From contig NC_081362.1 of the NCBI RefSeq assembly GCF_030684315.1, positions 10,596,589-10,660,588 on the forward strand: DNA of 64,000 nt, read 5' to 3'. Of the stretch, positions 62,111-64,000 are shown piece by piece. Both the position numbers and the translations under genes were made by a program. How positions within the stretch are numbered: position 1 is the first letter of the stretch; the number at the start of each line of letters is the position of its first letter. A model generated the notes under the pieces. That model was not told where the DNA came from. It did no database searches and saw only the letters and a program-made list of their open reading frames with translations. The stretch is from Stegostoma tigrinum (Eukaryota).

Positions 62111-62881
62111 AAATAATGAATGGCCCCAATGTTTACCTGTGTTATCTGACCACATGTCCCATAACATACTTGAAACACACTGCAGCCTGTGTTATCCTTT
62201 TACATAGCTAATGTTTATGGAGTCAGTTTTATTTCAGATTCAGCAAGTTTGCTTTTTTTTGATGATAAGTTTGTGGCAGGCATCTGTGATCAACTCACAT
62301 CAATGAACTGCAGTGCTGTTATTCCTTATAATTTGAACTTCAACGATGTAGGATTTGATTTCTGTAGAAATGACAGGAGAACAGTAGTGCATGTATGGGT
62401 TGTGGAAAACTATTTCTACTCTTTACTGTAACAGCACAAAACCATTTCTTTGCTTCTATTTTTTTTTCCAAAGAATTCTGATTAACCACTAAAAGCACCT
62501 TTATGCACATAGTCCCTCTTCCACATTTTTTTTGTTATTTCTCCATCTCTTTAAGTCCCAGTGCTCATTTAAAACACTCATGAATGTTTCTTTCAAAGTC
62601 AGGTTAGCAATGTACGGGAAGTGGAATTTGGTGATCCTGCCGATAAGGTTAGGAGATTGAAACTGAACTCTAAGTTTGAACAGGGCACCAAGACCATGCA
62701 CTAAATGGGTCAGTTTGAGCAACCAATTAGATAGGGGAATTGATGTGGTCTAAAATAAAATTGTAGAACAGGGATTCAGTTTTGCTGTGCTCAGCGGGAA
62801 AATTTACATTCATCCATGACTGCACACCTGATATGCACTATGCCAACGAGTAACAGTGGACTATGTATTTGGTAAAGTATA

Positions 62882-63030
62882 TTCATTTATATGTTGGCAT
62901 CACTGGCAATACAGCATGCATTGCTGATCCCTAATAGCCTTCATGAAGGTGGTGGGCAGTTGTTTCTTGAACTGCTGTAGTCCTCATCTTCTGGGTACAT
63001 ACAGAGTGTTGTTAGGAAGGGATTTCGACT
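62882..63030 (-). mobile_element. 3' end of the LINE sharing its tail with SINE-B
   Basis: Matches 58500-58650. Confidence 0.6.
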
Positions 63031-64000
63031 CAGCAATAAGTAAAAAAAATGTAACAGGCCCAAATCCATCAGAGATCTGACACACTATGGAAGATACACA
63101 TCAGGACCCTGCAGAGGTCCCGAGATGCAGGCCTAAGTGCGAATTGTCTCGGGAGTTTAAGATTGTGATGGGCTGAATATTGTGTCCCTGGAATCCCATG
63201 TGAATATCTCTTACTCTGAGCAGCATTCAGAGCTTTGGGCTAAATGTGTGTGACTTACTTTAAAAGTAATTCATAAAATGTTAGACGGTTTAAAACCCTG
63301 GATTAATATCTAGGTAACTCCACAACCAACCCACCCAATCAGTGACAACCCAACAACCTTGATGATCCAATCACTTGATTACCCACACCCTAATCACCCC
63401 TAGACAGCACTACTCCCCATTCCTGATCAACCTCCGAAAATCCAACTATCCACAAACCCTTGACTACGCACTAAGCCATTCACTCATCCATTTTTTAACC
63501 CTTAGTCATTCATTAAAGGACTGGACCTTTAATTGCTTGCCTGAATATGGCAATCAAACCTCTTAGAAAAAGAAAGCACCTCCATGCCTCACTCCAAGTC
63601 TGTTGCAATCCACTGAATGAATGAACATATTGAACATTGAACATTGGGAAAATCTTCATGTGCAGCCGCAACACATGAAGCACACTTGCAGGTCAGGAGG
63701 TTGTGCAACTTGGAGGAGAATACGCAGGCTGTGGTCATGACTGTCTACCACTAGTTACAGGTCAAAGGTTTGGAAGATGCTGTTGAAGAAGTCTTGACAA
63801 ATTGTTGAGGGGCAACTTGTTTCAATACATCCTGTTGCTTTGGAATGTTGGTACTGAGTGACTACAACGGTGGTTTGGTTCCTGATCAAAGATATTCACA
63901 GAATCATTCAGTACAGAAGAAGCTCTTTGGCTCACTGAATGTGATTGTGGGAGACCTCATGATCAAGCTTAATGATAACTCCCAATTGTATCCATAAATC

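Overview
The window is AT-rich, CpG-depleted vertebrate DNA, most likely from a shark (inferred from HE1/V-SINE-like and DeuSINE-like elements and the CR1 and Penelope-like families present). I find no convincing host protein-coding exon, rRNA, tRNA gene or CRISPR array, so it looks like intergenic DNA or a large intron. Most recognisable sequence is decayed retroelements: CR1 LINEs, L2, RTE and probable Rex1/Babar fragments, at least three SINE families, several Penelope-like element (PLE) families, possible solo LTRs and a 5 x 90 bp tandem array. The most notable pattern is seven foldback insertions, each made of two PLE 3' ends joined head-to-head and carrying minimal hammerhead-ribozyme motifs. 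Six have 11-15 bp target-site duplications (TSDs) and share one asymmetry: only one arm has the terminal ~35-47 nt tail. The largest is a 508-bp-arm, ~99% identical palindrome with an intact hammerhead core on each strand. All calls were made by eye, boundaries are approximate and family names were not checked against a database.
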